Positions 8,331-17,325 of a stretch of DNA of 64,000 nucleotides are shown piece by piece. Source of the stretch: Flavobacterium sp. BFFFF1 (lineage in GTDB: Bacteria > Bacteroidota > Bacteroidia > Flavobacteriales > Flavobacteriaceae); the NCBI RefSeq assembly GCF_002256285.1, contig NZ_NKJE01000011.1:56710-120709 (forward strand), in the 5' to 3' direction. The notes under the pieces were generated by a model. That model worked only from the letters and a program-made list of their open reading frames with translations. It was not told the origin of the DNA and did no database searches. Both the position numbers and the translations under genes were made by a program. The stretch's first letter is position 1, and every line of letters starts with the position of its first letter.

Positions 8331-9806
8331 ATGAAAAAAACTTATCAATACCTGTTTTTACTGTCCATAGGTCTATTTGCTTTCCAATCATGTGAAGACA
8401 TGGACGACACCGTCCACGTATCTTCCGGACTTGAAGTGGAAAGCTTTATCTACCGAGGCCTTAACCTTTATTACCTGTGGAAAGATGATGTTCCCGATCT
8501 CGCTGATGATCGTTTTGCAAGTACGGAAGAAAAGGATGCTTTCCTTGACACGGCTGCATCACCGGAAGCCTTGTTCCAGGATTTACTTTACAAGCCTGTA
8601 AGTAAATTCCCCACTGATCCAATAGACCGCTTCAGCGTCATGGTTAGCGACTACACCGTTCTTGAAAATCTTTTTGCAGGTGTTACCAAAAACAACGGCG
8701 TGGACTACGGATTGAAGCGAAAAACAGGTACCAATGAAGCTTTTGGCTGGGTGCGCTACATTATCCCTGGTTCCGATGCGGCTGCAAAGGACATCCGGCG
8801 CGGCGATATATTTTATGCCGTCAATGGTGTTCCGCTGTTTTACAATAGCCAGACAGACAATAATCTGGCGTTGCTGAATGCTGAAAATTACACCTTAAGC
8901 CTCGCAGATTATAACGGTGGAGCCATTACGCCAAATGGGCGGTCGGTGTCACTTACGAAAACAGAACTTACCGAAAATCCCGTTTACGACGCCCGTGTCA
9001 TTGCAGCAGGGACCCACAAAATCGCTTATCTTTCGTATAACGGCTTTACAGCAAATTTTGATGAACAGTTAAATACTGCATTTGGACAGTTTAAGGCACA
9101 AGGCGCTACCGATTTGGTGTTAGACCTTCGTTATAATTCGGGAGGATCCGTAAGAACCGCAACAAGGCTTGCGAGTATGATTACAGGCCAGTTTAACGGC
9201 CAACTATTCGCAAAGCAACAGTGGAATGCACAAGTACAAGCGGCCTACGAAGATCAAAATCCACAGGCCTTAGTCAATAATTTCACAAATAGTATTGGCA
9301 GTGCTGGTATCAATAGCCTGAACCTCTCGAAGGTTTATATTTTAACCACCATCGGCACGGCATCAGCAAGCGAATTGGTAATTAATGGACTAAAACCCTA
9401 CATAGAAGTAGTCCAGATTGGCGACAAAACGACTGGAAAAAATGTCGGCTCCATTACTTTGTATGATTCCCCTGCGTTAGTAAATAAAGACAATATCTCT
9501 ACTAAACACAAATATGCAATGCAGCCGCTGGTTTTCAAAACGACCAATGCAGATGGTTTTGGAGATTATGGTGCTGGTCTTGCACCTAACGTTCCGCTGA
9601 TGGAAGACTTAAATAATCTTGGGCAACTCGGCGATGTAAACGAACCGCTCCTGAGTACGGCCATCGGGCTGATTACAGCCAGCGGTAGGATGATTCACCA
9701 GAATCCGGAAAACGCTAACCGGGACCTCAAGGATTCGAAATCAATGCGGCGTTTTGGGACCGACATGTACCTGGAAAATATCCCAACCGGAATAATCCGG
9801 AAATAA
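8331..9806 (+). CDS. S41-family peptidase lipoprotein
   Basis: Lipobox FQSC followed by an acidic stretch, PDZ-like region, LDLRYNSGG and TASASE motifs. Confidence 0.88.
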   Translation: MKKTYQYLFLLSIGLFAFQSCEDMDDTVHVSSGLEVESFIYRGLNLYYLWKDDVPDLADDRFASTEEKDAFLDTAASPEALFQDLLYKPVSKFPTDPIDRFSVMVSDYTVLENLFAGVTKNNGVDYGLKRKTGTNEAFGWVRYIIPGSDAAAKDIRRGDIFYAVNGVPLFYNSQTDNNLALLNAENYTLSLADYNGGAITPNGRSVSLTKTELTENPVYDARVIAAGTHKIAYLSYNGFTANFDEQLNTAFGQFKAQGATDLVLDLRYNSGGSVRTATRLASMITGQFNGQLFAKQQWNAQVQAAYEDQNPQALVNNFTNSIGSAGINSLNLSKVYILTTIGTASASELVINGLKPYIEVVQIGDKTTGKNVGSITLYDSPALVNKDNISTKHKYAMQPLVFKTTNADGFGDYGAGLAPNVPLMEDLNNLGQLGDVNEPLLSTAIGLITASGRMIHQNPENANRDLKDSKSMRRFGTDMYLENIPTGIIRK

Positions 9807-9840
9807 AAAAAAGGCTTTCATCGCGAAAGCCTTTTTTTTT
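9805..9840. terminator. Bidirectional intrinsic terminator
   Basis: A-tract GGCTTTC-ATCGC-GAAAGCC T-tract between convergent genes. Confidence 0.85.
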
Positions 9841-9855
9841 ATTCAGTTACAGAAA

Positions 9856-10887
9856 CTAGTTGAAATAAAAACCATTGGGAATCAGTCCAACCGTATATTG
9901 ATTCTCGAGCGTTCCTGTCAGCGAGTAGATCAGTGCTTTCCCATCAGACGCATAATCCTTAGCATCAGAAATATAAATCCTGTCATTCTCTACCGCAAAT
10001 CCATATAATGTCAGCGCGTCTGCAGTAAACAATGGTGCATCGCTGATTGTTGCTGCCGATAATGGCGCAGCATATACCGCTGAGTTCACCGTGAAGTATA
10101 ATTTACCATTTTCAATATCAAGGTTTTGAGCATTCACCATACTGCTGGCCAGATTGATTGTTCCCACAATTTGGTTTGTTGTCAGATCGATTTTTACTAC
10201 CGTACTCGGGTCAGTATAATTTGAGCAAAGTACATACAGTATACCGTCACTTTCAGCAAGTGATGTCGGCGAAAGCGTTGTCTCCAGCGTTTGCAGGATG
10301 GCACCATTGGCCGCGTTCATCACGGTTACAGAATGCCCTTCCCCGTAGTTTCCATTACCAACATACAGTTTGCCGTTTTGCGAGAAAATCCTATCAGCGA
10401 TAGCATTTACCGGAAAAGTACTTTCAATTTCATGAGTATTGGTATTGATTACCGTAATAAAATCGTCTGTAAGGCTTCCAAAGCTGGCCAGGTTGGTAAC
10501 ATATGCCTTACCGTCGGCGACCACGCCATAACGCGGAACGGATAGCCCGGTTTCAATCTTGTCAATGACCTTAAAAGTATAGCGGTTGACGATTGTTATT
10601 TTATTGGAACCATTTGAGATAATATAAGCCTCATCGCCATTGAAGAAAATCGACTGTACATACCCGCCGATACCATCTCCTGCATTCTCAGCGCCATAAA
10701 CATCCTGTTGGATGGTCGTCCTATCGTTACCGATATACGTTATGGAACCTGCCGTACCGTTGCCTTCATTGACGACCAATACGCCATTTTCATAGGCGCC
10801 AAGAGGAGTTGAATTTCCAGTATCGTCACAGGAAGCCAATACGATTGAAACAGCGACTGCAGTAAAAAATAGTTTTGTGAATTTCAT
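9856..10887 (-). CDS. YncE/DUF5074-like beta-propeller surface lipoprotein (BtuG-like cobalamin binder)
   Basis: Lipobox LASC-DD, GVLVVNEG, repeated strand motifs, C-terminal VGLIPNGFYFN; 3 bp downstream of the riboswitch-controlled receptor. Confidence 0.75.
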   Translation of the reverse strand: MKFTKLFFTAVAVSIVLASCDDTGNSTPLGAYENGVLVVNEGNGTAGSITYIGNDRTTIQQDVYGAENAGDGIGGYVQSIFFNGDEAYIISNGSNKITIVNRYTFKVIDKIETGLSVPRYGVVADGKAYVTNLASFGSLTDDFITVINTNTHEIESTFPVNAIADRIFSQNGKLYVGNGNYGEGHSVTVMNAANGAILQTLETTLSPTSLAESDGILYVLCSNYTDPSTVVKIDLTTNQIVGTINLASSMVNAQNLDIENGKLYFTVNSAVYAAPLSAATISDAPLFTADALTLYGFAVENDRIYISDAKDYASDGKALIYSLTGTLENQYTVGLIPNGFYFN

Positions 10888-10890
10888 TGT

Positions 10891-12726
10891 TTAAAATTTA
10901 AGGGTTAGATGGATATAATAATTTCGTCCTGGCATGAACCTGCCTTCGACCGTTTGATATTGTTCATTCCAGAGGTTTTTCAGTCCGCCGCCGAGCGTAT
11001 AGTGCTCTTTTTTTCCTAAATGACAAGCGAGGCCGGCATCAGTGACATTGTAATAAGGGACAATCTTTCCGGCACTGTTGTCACTCTGCGTGTACACTTT
11101 ATCTGTAAAAATATGCTGCAGTGTGAAAGACCATCGCTTGAAATCATAAGCTAACGACGCAGTTCCTTTGTGAAACGGAACATAAATCAACTGCTTTCCG
11201 GTATCCGTATTTTCGGATTGATTGTAGGCATAGTTTACCCCAACATCAAAAAGATGAAAACCGATTTTCTTTCGCCACTGCAATCCCGCTTCTAGACCAT
11301 ATATTTCCACGCTGTTGGTGTTTTCAGGACGAAAAATACCATTGCTGGAAGGTGTCCATCGAATCATATCATGGATTTTAATATGATATCCTGTGATATT
11401 AACTGTTACGTCCTTAAATGCAATCTCATTACCCAATTCCTGTTGTAAAGACTGTTCGGGTTTAAGGTTTGCGTTGCCTAAACCTTCCCAATACAAGTCG
11501 TTAAATGTGGGGATCCGAAAGTTTTTAGAGAAATTGGCTTTTAACTTATGGTTTTTAGCTACTTCATATGCCACGCCGGCAGAAAAAAGCAAAGGGCTCT
11601 GATAATTGGAAGTGATTTCTTTCTTCAGCCCCAGTTCATAATTAAATCGTGCTGAAAGTTGTTGCCTAAACAACACTGCCCCTGATGCAATCTCTCGTTT
11701 TTCTGTAGATGTTGTAGAAATTCTTCCGCTATTCTGTACCAATTCTACAATGCTGTTAAGCGCCATATGGTTGGTGATATGGAAAGTAAAATCATACTTC
11801 CCTATCCATGTCTGGGCTTTCCCGAAGGTGTAGGAATCATTTTGAATATTCTCATAATATCGGTACTGCTCGGCCAGGAACGCAACCTTTGTTCGCGTAA
11901 CGAAACGTCCGGCAAAGTGCTGCCATTCCAGGAGGTTCCAAACATTAAAATCCCTATATTTTGTTTTCGTATCCGATGGCGAAATCAGCGAAAAGTGCCT
12001 TTCCCCGTCGTAAACACGGCTGTAAAATTTCAGGTAATTGGCAATATCAATCCGATATCCAAGATTCACATTCAATCCGGTATTGTAGTATTCCCCATTT
12101 TCATTTTTAAGTCCGCCGTGCGGGTAACTGTAATCATTATCTGAACTATTGCGGGACAGGGTAACCTGTGAACTGAGTTTTTCAGTACCGTACTGAAACC
12201 GGTAATTTAACGACAGCGTTTGATAACTGCCATAACTGCTTTTGATTATATTCACCAATCGTTTACCGAATACGGCACTGTTGTTCAGGCTGATTGCACC
12301 GCCAATACCGCTGCTGCCGTACAAAATACTGCTTCCTCCTGCCCTAACGGAAACAGAATTAAACTCGGTACCCGAAATCGTATTAAAATCCGTCTGCCCG
12401 TTCAACTGCGAATTGACATTAATCCCGTTCCATATCACTGCGGTCTGCTGCGATGTTGTACCCCGGAAGGACGGCGAAGAAACCATGCCAAGGCCATTTT
12501 CCTTAAAATAAATTCCGGTCGTGTGGTTGAGCAATGCCGTTAAAGAAACCTGATTTTTCGCTATAACGGAATCGTTTAGTACCAATACGGATTGTGCTCC
12601 GCTGAAATGCTTTAACTGGCTGTCAGAAATCGTAACCTCATCCAGGGAAACGGACAATTCCTGCGCACAAACAATTTGGCACAAAAGCAAAAAACAGCAT
12701 AAAAACGGTATCTTAAAAGTCATCAT
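10891..12726 (-). CDS. btuB: TonB-dependent receptor, probable cobalamin transporter
   Basis: Plug motif (SPSFRGTTSQQTAVIWNG), NLKPEQS, C-terminal Phe; preceded by a cobalamin riboswitch. Start moved to MMTFK because the ORF-track N-terminus lies inside the riboswitch. Confidence 0.85.
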   Translation of the reverse strand: MMTFKIPFLCCFLLLCQIVCAQELSVSLDEVTISDSQLKHFSGAQSVLVLNDSVIAKNQVSLTALLNHTTGIYFKENGLGMVSSPSFRGTTSQQTAVIWNGINVNSQLNGQTDFNTISGTEFNSVSVRAGGSSILYGSSGIGGAISLNNSAVFGKRLVNIIKSSYGSYQTLSLNYRFQYGTEKLSSQVTLSRNSSDNDYSYPHGGLKNENGEYYNTGLNVNLGYRIDIANYLKFYSRVYDGERHFSLISPSDTKTKYRDFNVWNLLEWQHFAGRFVTRTKVAFLAEQYRYYENIQNDSYTFGKAQTWIGKYDFTFHITNHMALNSIVELVQNSGRISTTSTEKREIASGAVLFRQQLSARFNYELGLKKEITSNYQSPLLFSAGVAYEVAKNHKLKANFSKNFRIPTFNDLYWEGLGNANLKPEQSLQQELGNEIAFKDVTVNITGYHIKIHDMIRWTPSSNGIFRPENTNSVEIYGLEAGLQWRKKIGFHLFDVGVNYAYNQSENTDTGKQLIYVPFHKGTASLAYDFKRWSFTLQHIFTDKVYTQSDNSAGKIVPYYNVTDAGLACHLGKKEHYTLGGGLKNLWNEQYQTVEGRFMPGRNYYIHLTLKF

Positions 12727-12769
12727 TCCAGCCTTTCTTCCCGAAGGCACGGTATTCGTTAAGAAAAAA

Positions 12770-12928
12770 GGCAGGTCTCCTGGCTTGCGTCCTGGTGTGT
12801 GCCTTCCCGTTTTCACAGTGGCGGTGTAGTCACATCAGGCTTGATAGCTTACAGTTGCGGGAACAGCTTAGGTTTTTAACCTAATTCCCTTTTAATGCGA
12901 TGGCGGAACAGTGCCATCACAACCTTAA
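12770..12928 (-). ncRNA. Cobalamin riboswitch
   Basis: Minus strand carries AAGG...AAAAGGGAA, CCCGCAACTGT, GCCACTG, GGGAAGG and AGCCAGGAGACCTGCC. The -7 box TATCTTTG is at 12936-12943. Confidence 0.93.
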
Positions 12929-13121
12929 TTCGCGGCAAAGATAGAACAATTCATAAATTATCTGTTTTTTATTTTTTAAATCGTAGCCGCTACATGCAAA
13001 TTTGTAAAGCACTAAATCCGACGCTTTACACGAAGCCAAAAAGCAGATCAATAGCGGGCTGTTTTTTTTTGCCCATTGAAATCATAATCGTGTTACCTTT
13101 GGCTCTCGAAAACGAACATGC

Positions 13122-14264
13122 ATGAAATCATTTGTCAAGGGTTGCTTAACCTTAACATTGCTGCTACTGATGGCCGGTTGCAACAACCAACGGCACCAAA
13201 ATGCTATTCCTTCGGGACAGTCCAAAAACACAATCCGCTATGCGAAAGGCCTTGCCATTTATCAATATGATGGTTTTAGTGTCGTACGGGTATCAAATCC
13301 CTGGCCAAAAGCAACCAAAGCATACACCTATGTGCTGCACAGCAAAAACGCAACGATACCTGACAGCCTGAAACAATATTCCAAAATTCAGGTCCCCATC
13401 AAATCTATCGTCGTGACCTCGACAACCCATGTACCCTCCCTGGAAATCCTTGGAGTACAGAACACCCTTTCCGGATTCCCAAACCTTGATTACATATCTT
13501 CCCCAAAAATCCGTAAGCGTATCGAGGACGGAAAGATTAAGGAACTCGGTTCAAACCAAAACCTCAACACAGAAGTATTAATTGGTTTGGCTCCGGATGT
13601 CATCATCGGATACGGCATCGACAACAACAATCCCACGTTAGACAACCTGCAGCGAAGCGGACTTAAAGTCCTGCTGGATGGCGATTGGAATGAGCAGACT
13701 CCCTTGGGAAAAGCCGAATGGATCAAGCTGTTTGGCGCACTATACGGCCTGGATGCAAAAGCAAATCAGGTATTCTCCGTCATCGAAAACGATTATAATG
13801 CAACGACAAAATTGGTCCGCAAAGCCGCATTAAAACCCACCGTTTTAGCGGGCGCAGTCTATGAAAACCAATGGTACCTGCCCGAAGGCAACAGCTGGGG
13901 AGCGCAGTTCATTAAACAAGCGGGCGGAAATTACCTGTGGGGCAACTCACCCGGTACAGGAAGCTTGTCGCTGCCTTTTGAAATCGTGTATGAAAAAGGC
14001 CAGAAAGCGGACTACTGGATTGGGCCAGGACAGTTCATCTCCTTAAAGGAAATGGCGGCTGCGAATGGCAACTACACCGCATTTGACTCATATAAGAACC
14101 GCAGGATCTATTCTTTCAGCTCCAAAAAAGGAAAGACCGGCGGTGTCATCTTCTATGAACTAGCGCCAAACCGCCCGGACCTTGTTTTAAAAGACATGGT
14201 GAAAATCCTGCACCCGGAACTGCTGCCGGATTACACACTGTATTTCTTTGAACAACTGCAATAG
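13122..14264 (+). CDS. ABC substrate-binding lipoprotein (BtuF/FhuD-like)
   Basis: Lipobox MAGC; SIVVTSTT, WNEQTPLGKAEWIK and RPDLVLKD motifs. Confidence 0.88.
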   Translation: MKSFVKGCLTLTLLLLMAGCNNQRHQNAIPSGQSKNTIRYAKGLAIYQYDGFSVVRVSNPWPKATKAYTYVLHSKNATIPDSLKQYSKIQVPIKSIVVTSTTHVPSLEILGVQNTLSGFPNLDYISSPKIRKRIEDGKIKELGSNQNLNTEVLIGLAPDVIIGYGIDNNNPTLDNLQRSGLKVLLDGDWNEQTPLGKAEWIKLFGALYGLDAKANQVFSVIENDYNATTKLVRKAALKPTVLAGAVYENQWYLPEGNSWGAQFIKQAGGNYLWGNSPGTGSLSLPFEIVYEKGQKADYWIGPGQFISLKEMAAANGNYTAFDSYKNRRIYSFSSKKGKTGGVIFYELAPNRPDLVLKDMVKILHPELLPDYTLYFFEQLQ

Positions 14265-15280
14265 TGCGAAATAAAAAGCGACATACTGCCCTATTCATCA
14301 TGTTGGCCTTCGCCACCGCGTTGCTTTTCGTATTAAGCCTCAGCCTTGGCCCGTTGAAAATTCCAGTCAGCGAAGTATTCAATAGCCTGACCGGACAACA
14401 TGCATCCAAAACCACCTGGGAATTTATCATCCTGAATTATCGCCTGCCAAAAGCCATCACTGCTGTCATTGCCGGGATTGGTCTATCTATAAGTGGGCTG
14501 TTGATGCAAACCTTATTCCGCAATCCCCTCGCAGGGCCTTATGTACTCGGACTAAGCTCCGGATCGAGCCTCGGTGTTGCGTTTGTGATTATGGGCGCGG
14601 GACTTCTCCCACCAGTTGCGGCGGGTTTCCTGATATCATCGTATGGCATAGTCCTCGCTTCCTGCCTGGGCAGTTTCGCGGTATTTGTCGCGCAAAAGCT
14701 CCGGGACACTACTTCAACATTGATTGTCGGCTTGATGTTCGGGAGCTTCAGCAGCGCCATCGTAGGCGTATTAACGTATTTCAGTACGGCAGAGCAACTG
14801 CAGAAATTCACCTTCTGGGCATTGGGAAATCTGGGAAATCTATCCTGGACGTCCATTGTGATATTGGCCATTGCGGTCACAGTAGGACTTATGCTGAGCA
14901 TTTTGAGCATCAAACCCTTAAACACGATGCTGCTGGGCGAAAATTATGCACACAGCTTAGGGCTGGACCTCAGGAAATCACGCCTCGTGATTATTTTCGC
15001 CACTACCCTGCTCGCCGGCAGCATCACAGCGTTCGCAGGGCCCATCGCTTTCGTTGGCCTGGCCGTCCCCCACATTTCTAAATTGATTTTCCAGACCAGC
15101 GAGCATTGGATATTGTTCTGGAGTACCCTTTTTTTTGGTGCGATCATTATGCTCGTATGTGACATGCTCTGCCAGTTTCCCGGTACCGAATTGACGCTAC
15201 CGATCAACGCCATCACATCTATAATCGGGGCCCCGGTCGTAATCTGGCTTTTGGTCCGAAAACAAAAATTCATGGCATGA
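14264..15280 (+). CDS. FecCD/BtuC-family ABC permease
   Basis: RLPKAITA, QTLFRNPLAGPYVLG, GPIAFVGLAVPH motifs. Confidence 0.92.
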   Translation: MRNKKRHTALFIMLAFATALLFVLSLSLGPLKIPVSEVFNSLTGQHASKTTWEFIILNYRLPKAITAVIAGIGLSISGLLMQTLFRNPLAGPYVLGLSSGSSLGVAFVIMGAGLLPPVAAGFLISSYGIVLASCLGSFAVFVAQKLRDTTSTLIVGLMFGSFSSAIVGVLTYFSTAEQLQKFTFWALGNLGNLSWTSIVILAIAVTVGLMLSILSIKPLNTMLLGENYAHSLGLDLRKSRLVIIFATTLLAGSITAFAGPIAFVGLAVPHISKLIFQTSEHWILFWSTLFFGAIIMLVCDMLCQFPGTELTLPINAITSIIGAPVVIWLLVRKQKFMA

Positions 15281-16068
15281 TGGAACAGCAGTCCCTTATT
15301 GTTACCGAAGACCTCTGCATTGGTTACACCAACAAAAAACAGCCCGTCGCGATCGCATCAGCGGTAAATATTACTTTGAATAAAGGGACGCTGACCGCGC
15401 TGGTTGGTGCCAATGGAATCGGAAAATCGACACTGCTCCGCACGCTGACAGGCATACAGCAGCCACTCTCAGGAAATATTACCTTAAGCGGAAGGCCCTT
15501 GACACAGTTTGAACCATTGGCATTGGCGAAGCAGATCAGCGTGGTCCTGACCGAAAAATTACCGCCGGGAAACCTGACGATTTATGAAATCATCGCCCTG
15601 GGACGACAGCCCTATACAAACTGGCTCGGAAAAATGTCACCGGAAGACCTGGATAAAGTAAATGAGGCCATCACGCTAACGGGCGTCCAGGAGCTGCTGT
15701 CGAAAAAACACTATGAAGCCAGCGACGGACAGCTCCAGAACGCAATGATTGCGCGTGCACTTGCCCAGGACACACCCATCATCATCCTTGATGAACCCAC
15801 CACGCACCTAGACTTACCACACAAACTTAAATTATTTGCCTTATTAAAAAAACTGGCCGCCGATAAAGGAAAATGCGTACTTTTCTCGACACATGATATC
15901 GATCTGGCTGCAGAAATAAGCGATGAAATGATCGTGATGTCGGAAGGAAAAATAATTCAGGATTCCCCAAAAGCGCTAATCATAAATGGCACCCTAAACC
16001 GGATTTTTGCCGCCGACGGCATACGATTTGATCCGGATAAGGGCCGATTTACATTCGATTCGCTTTAA
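15277..16068 (+). CDS. ABC ATPase (BtuD/FepC-like)
   Basis: Walker A GANGIGKST, Walker B IIILDEPT, H-loop STHD. Confidence 0.92.
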   Translation: MMEQQSLIVTEDLCIGYTNKKQPVAIASAVNITLNKGTLTALVGANGIGKSTLLRTLTGIQQPLSGNITLSGRPLTQFEPLALAKQISVVLTEKLPPGNLTIYEIIALGRQPYTNWLGKMSPEDLDKVNEAITLTGVQELLSKKHYEASDGQLQNAMIARALAQDTPIIILDEPTTHLDLPHKLKLFALLKKLAADKGKCVLFSTHDIDLAAEISDEMIVMSEGKIIQDSPKALIINGTLNRIFAADGIRFDPDKGRFTFDSL

Positions 16069-16108
16069 AAACCAAGCATAAAGTTTTATCTTTGAGAGAA
16101 AACGCCTC

Positions 16109-16609
16109 ATGAAAAAACTATTCACCGCAGCCCTGATCTGCTTCTGCACCCTACTATTCGCACAGCCAAAAATGGAACTCACCGCCTCAGGTTTTTCATC
16201 GATGGAATTCCCAATGCCGGACGTACCACTTGAAAACCTTATCGAAACCGCAAAAGGCTGGGCTTCTAATTACAATAGAAATGGTTACGATGTCTACGAT
16301 GAAAAGCCTAACATGCTGAAAATCGATGCCGTGAAAGAAAATGGTTTCTATTACATGAACCGCGGACAGAAATTCGTTTTTAAGATAAAATATACGCTCG
16401 CCATAGTATTTGAAGCCAAGGTCTACAAGTTGTCGTTTGCGGTAAAAGAGATTTACGGAAAAGACGACACAGCAGTCAAATCCGGGATTTCAGGATACTT
16501 CACTAACGAAGGCCAACTCAAGGAAGGTTTCGACGACGTGAAGCCCTCGCTGGAATATACTGCGGAACGCATTGTTGGAAGTTTTGTGGAGGCGATAAAC
16601 AAGCAGTAA
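16109..16609 (+). CDS. Secreted hypothetical protein
   Basis: Signal peptide ending LLFA; plausible globular composition; no family recognised with certainty. Confidence 0.65.
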   Translation: MKKLFTAALICFCTLLFAQPKMELTASGFSSMEFPMPDVPLENLIETAKGWASNYNRNGYDVYDEKPNMLKIDAVKENGFYYMNRGQKFVFKIKYTLAIVFEAKVYKLSFAVKEIYGKDDTAVKSGISGYFTNEGQLKEGFDDVKPSLEYTAERIVGSFVEAINKQ

Positions 16610-16836
16610 CGATTCCAATGAAACCTATTAAAAACGGCTACAATTATAAAAAAATATGAATAGCTTTTTGAACCATCTGAATAGGGAAATTTTATACCAG
16701 CGAACCTTATATTCTGTGTATATTGTGATGAGCATTGTTACAGGTCTTTCCCATAACCTATATGGACTATCCATAAACGTTATCATTGCAAGAGAGTAGT
16801 TTCAACGCCATCTATCACATCAAAAACCAAGCTAAA

Positions 16837-17313
16837 ATGATACAAGACACACACCAGCTTGCAAAACGTTTCCGTGAAGTAATTCTTGACGGGACCTGGG
16901 TGGCGAACACCAATTTTAAAGACCAATTGTATGGGATGAGCCTGGAAATGGCAACGGCAAAGGTAGGAAACCTGAACACCATCGCTGTTTTAGCACAGCA
17001 TATCCACTATTACATCGCGGGATTGAATACCGTTTTTAGCCACGGTACACTGGGCATTAGTGATAAATACAGTTTTGATTTCCCGCCAATGGAATCGCAG
17101 CAGCAATGGGATAACTTTCTTGATAGACTCTGGAGCGACGCCGAAAAGTTTGCGTCAGCGGTTGAACAAATGCTGCCGGAAAAATTATCGGAGCCGTTTG
17201 TCTACGAGCAATATGGGAGCTACCTGCGCAATATTGATTGTATGATTGAGCACAGCTACTACCACCTGGGCCAGGTTGTAATCATCAAAAAGCTATTGCA
17301 AAAGGGCATCTAA
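16837..17313 (+). CDS. DinB/YfiT-like four-helix protein
   Basis: NTIAVLAQHIHYY and IEHSYYHLGQ His motifs. Start moved to MIQDT. Confidence 0.8.
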   Translation: MIQDTHQLAKRFREVILDGTWVANTNFKDQLYGMSLEMATAKVGNLNTIAVLAQHIHYYIAGLNTVFSHGTLGISDKYSFDFPPMESQQQWDNFLDRLWSDAEKFASAVEQMLPEKLSEPFVYEQYGSYLRNIDCMIEHSYYHLGQVVIIKKLLQKGI

Positions 17314-17325
17314 AAGAGATTCCAG

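Noticed and set aside
12727-12816. Long N-terminal extension of btuB, or a leader peptide
   Set aside because: It translates riboswitch sequence. The signal peptide starts at MMTFK.
16837-17313. DinB label suggesting a second translesion polymerase
   Set aside because: This is the DinB/YfiT four-helix metalloprotein family, unrelated to Pol IV.
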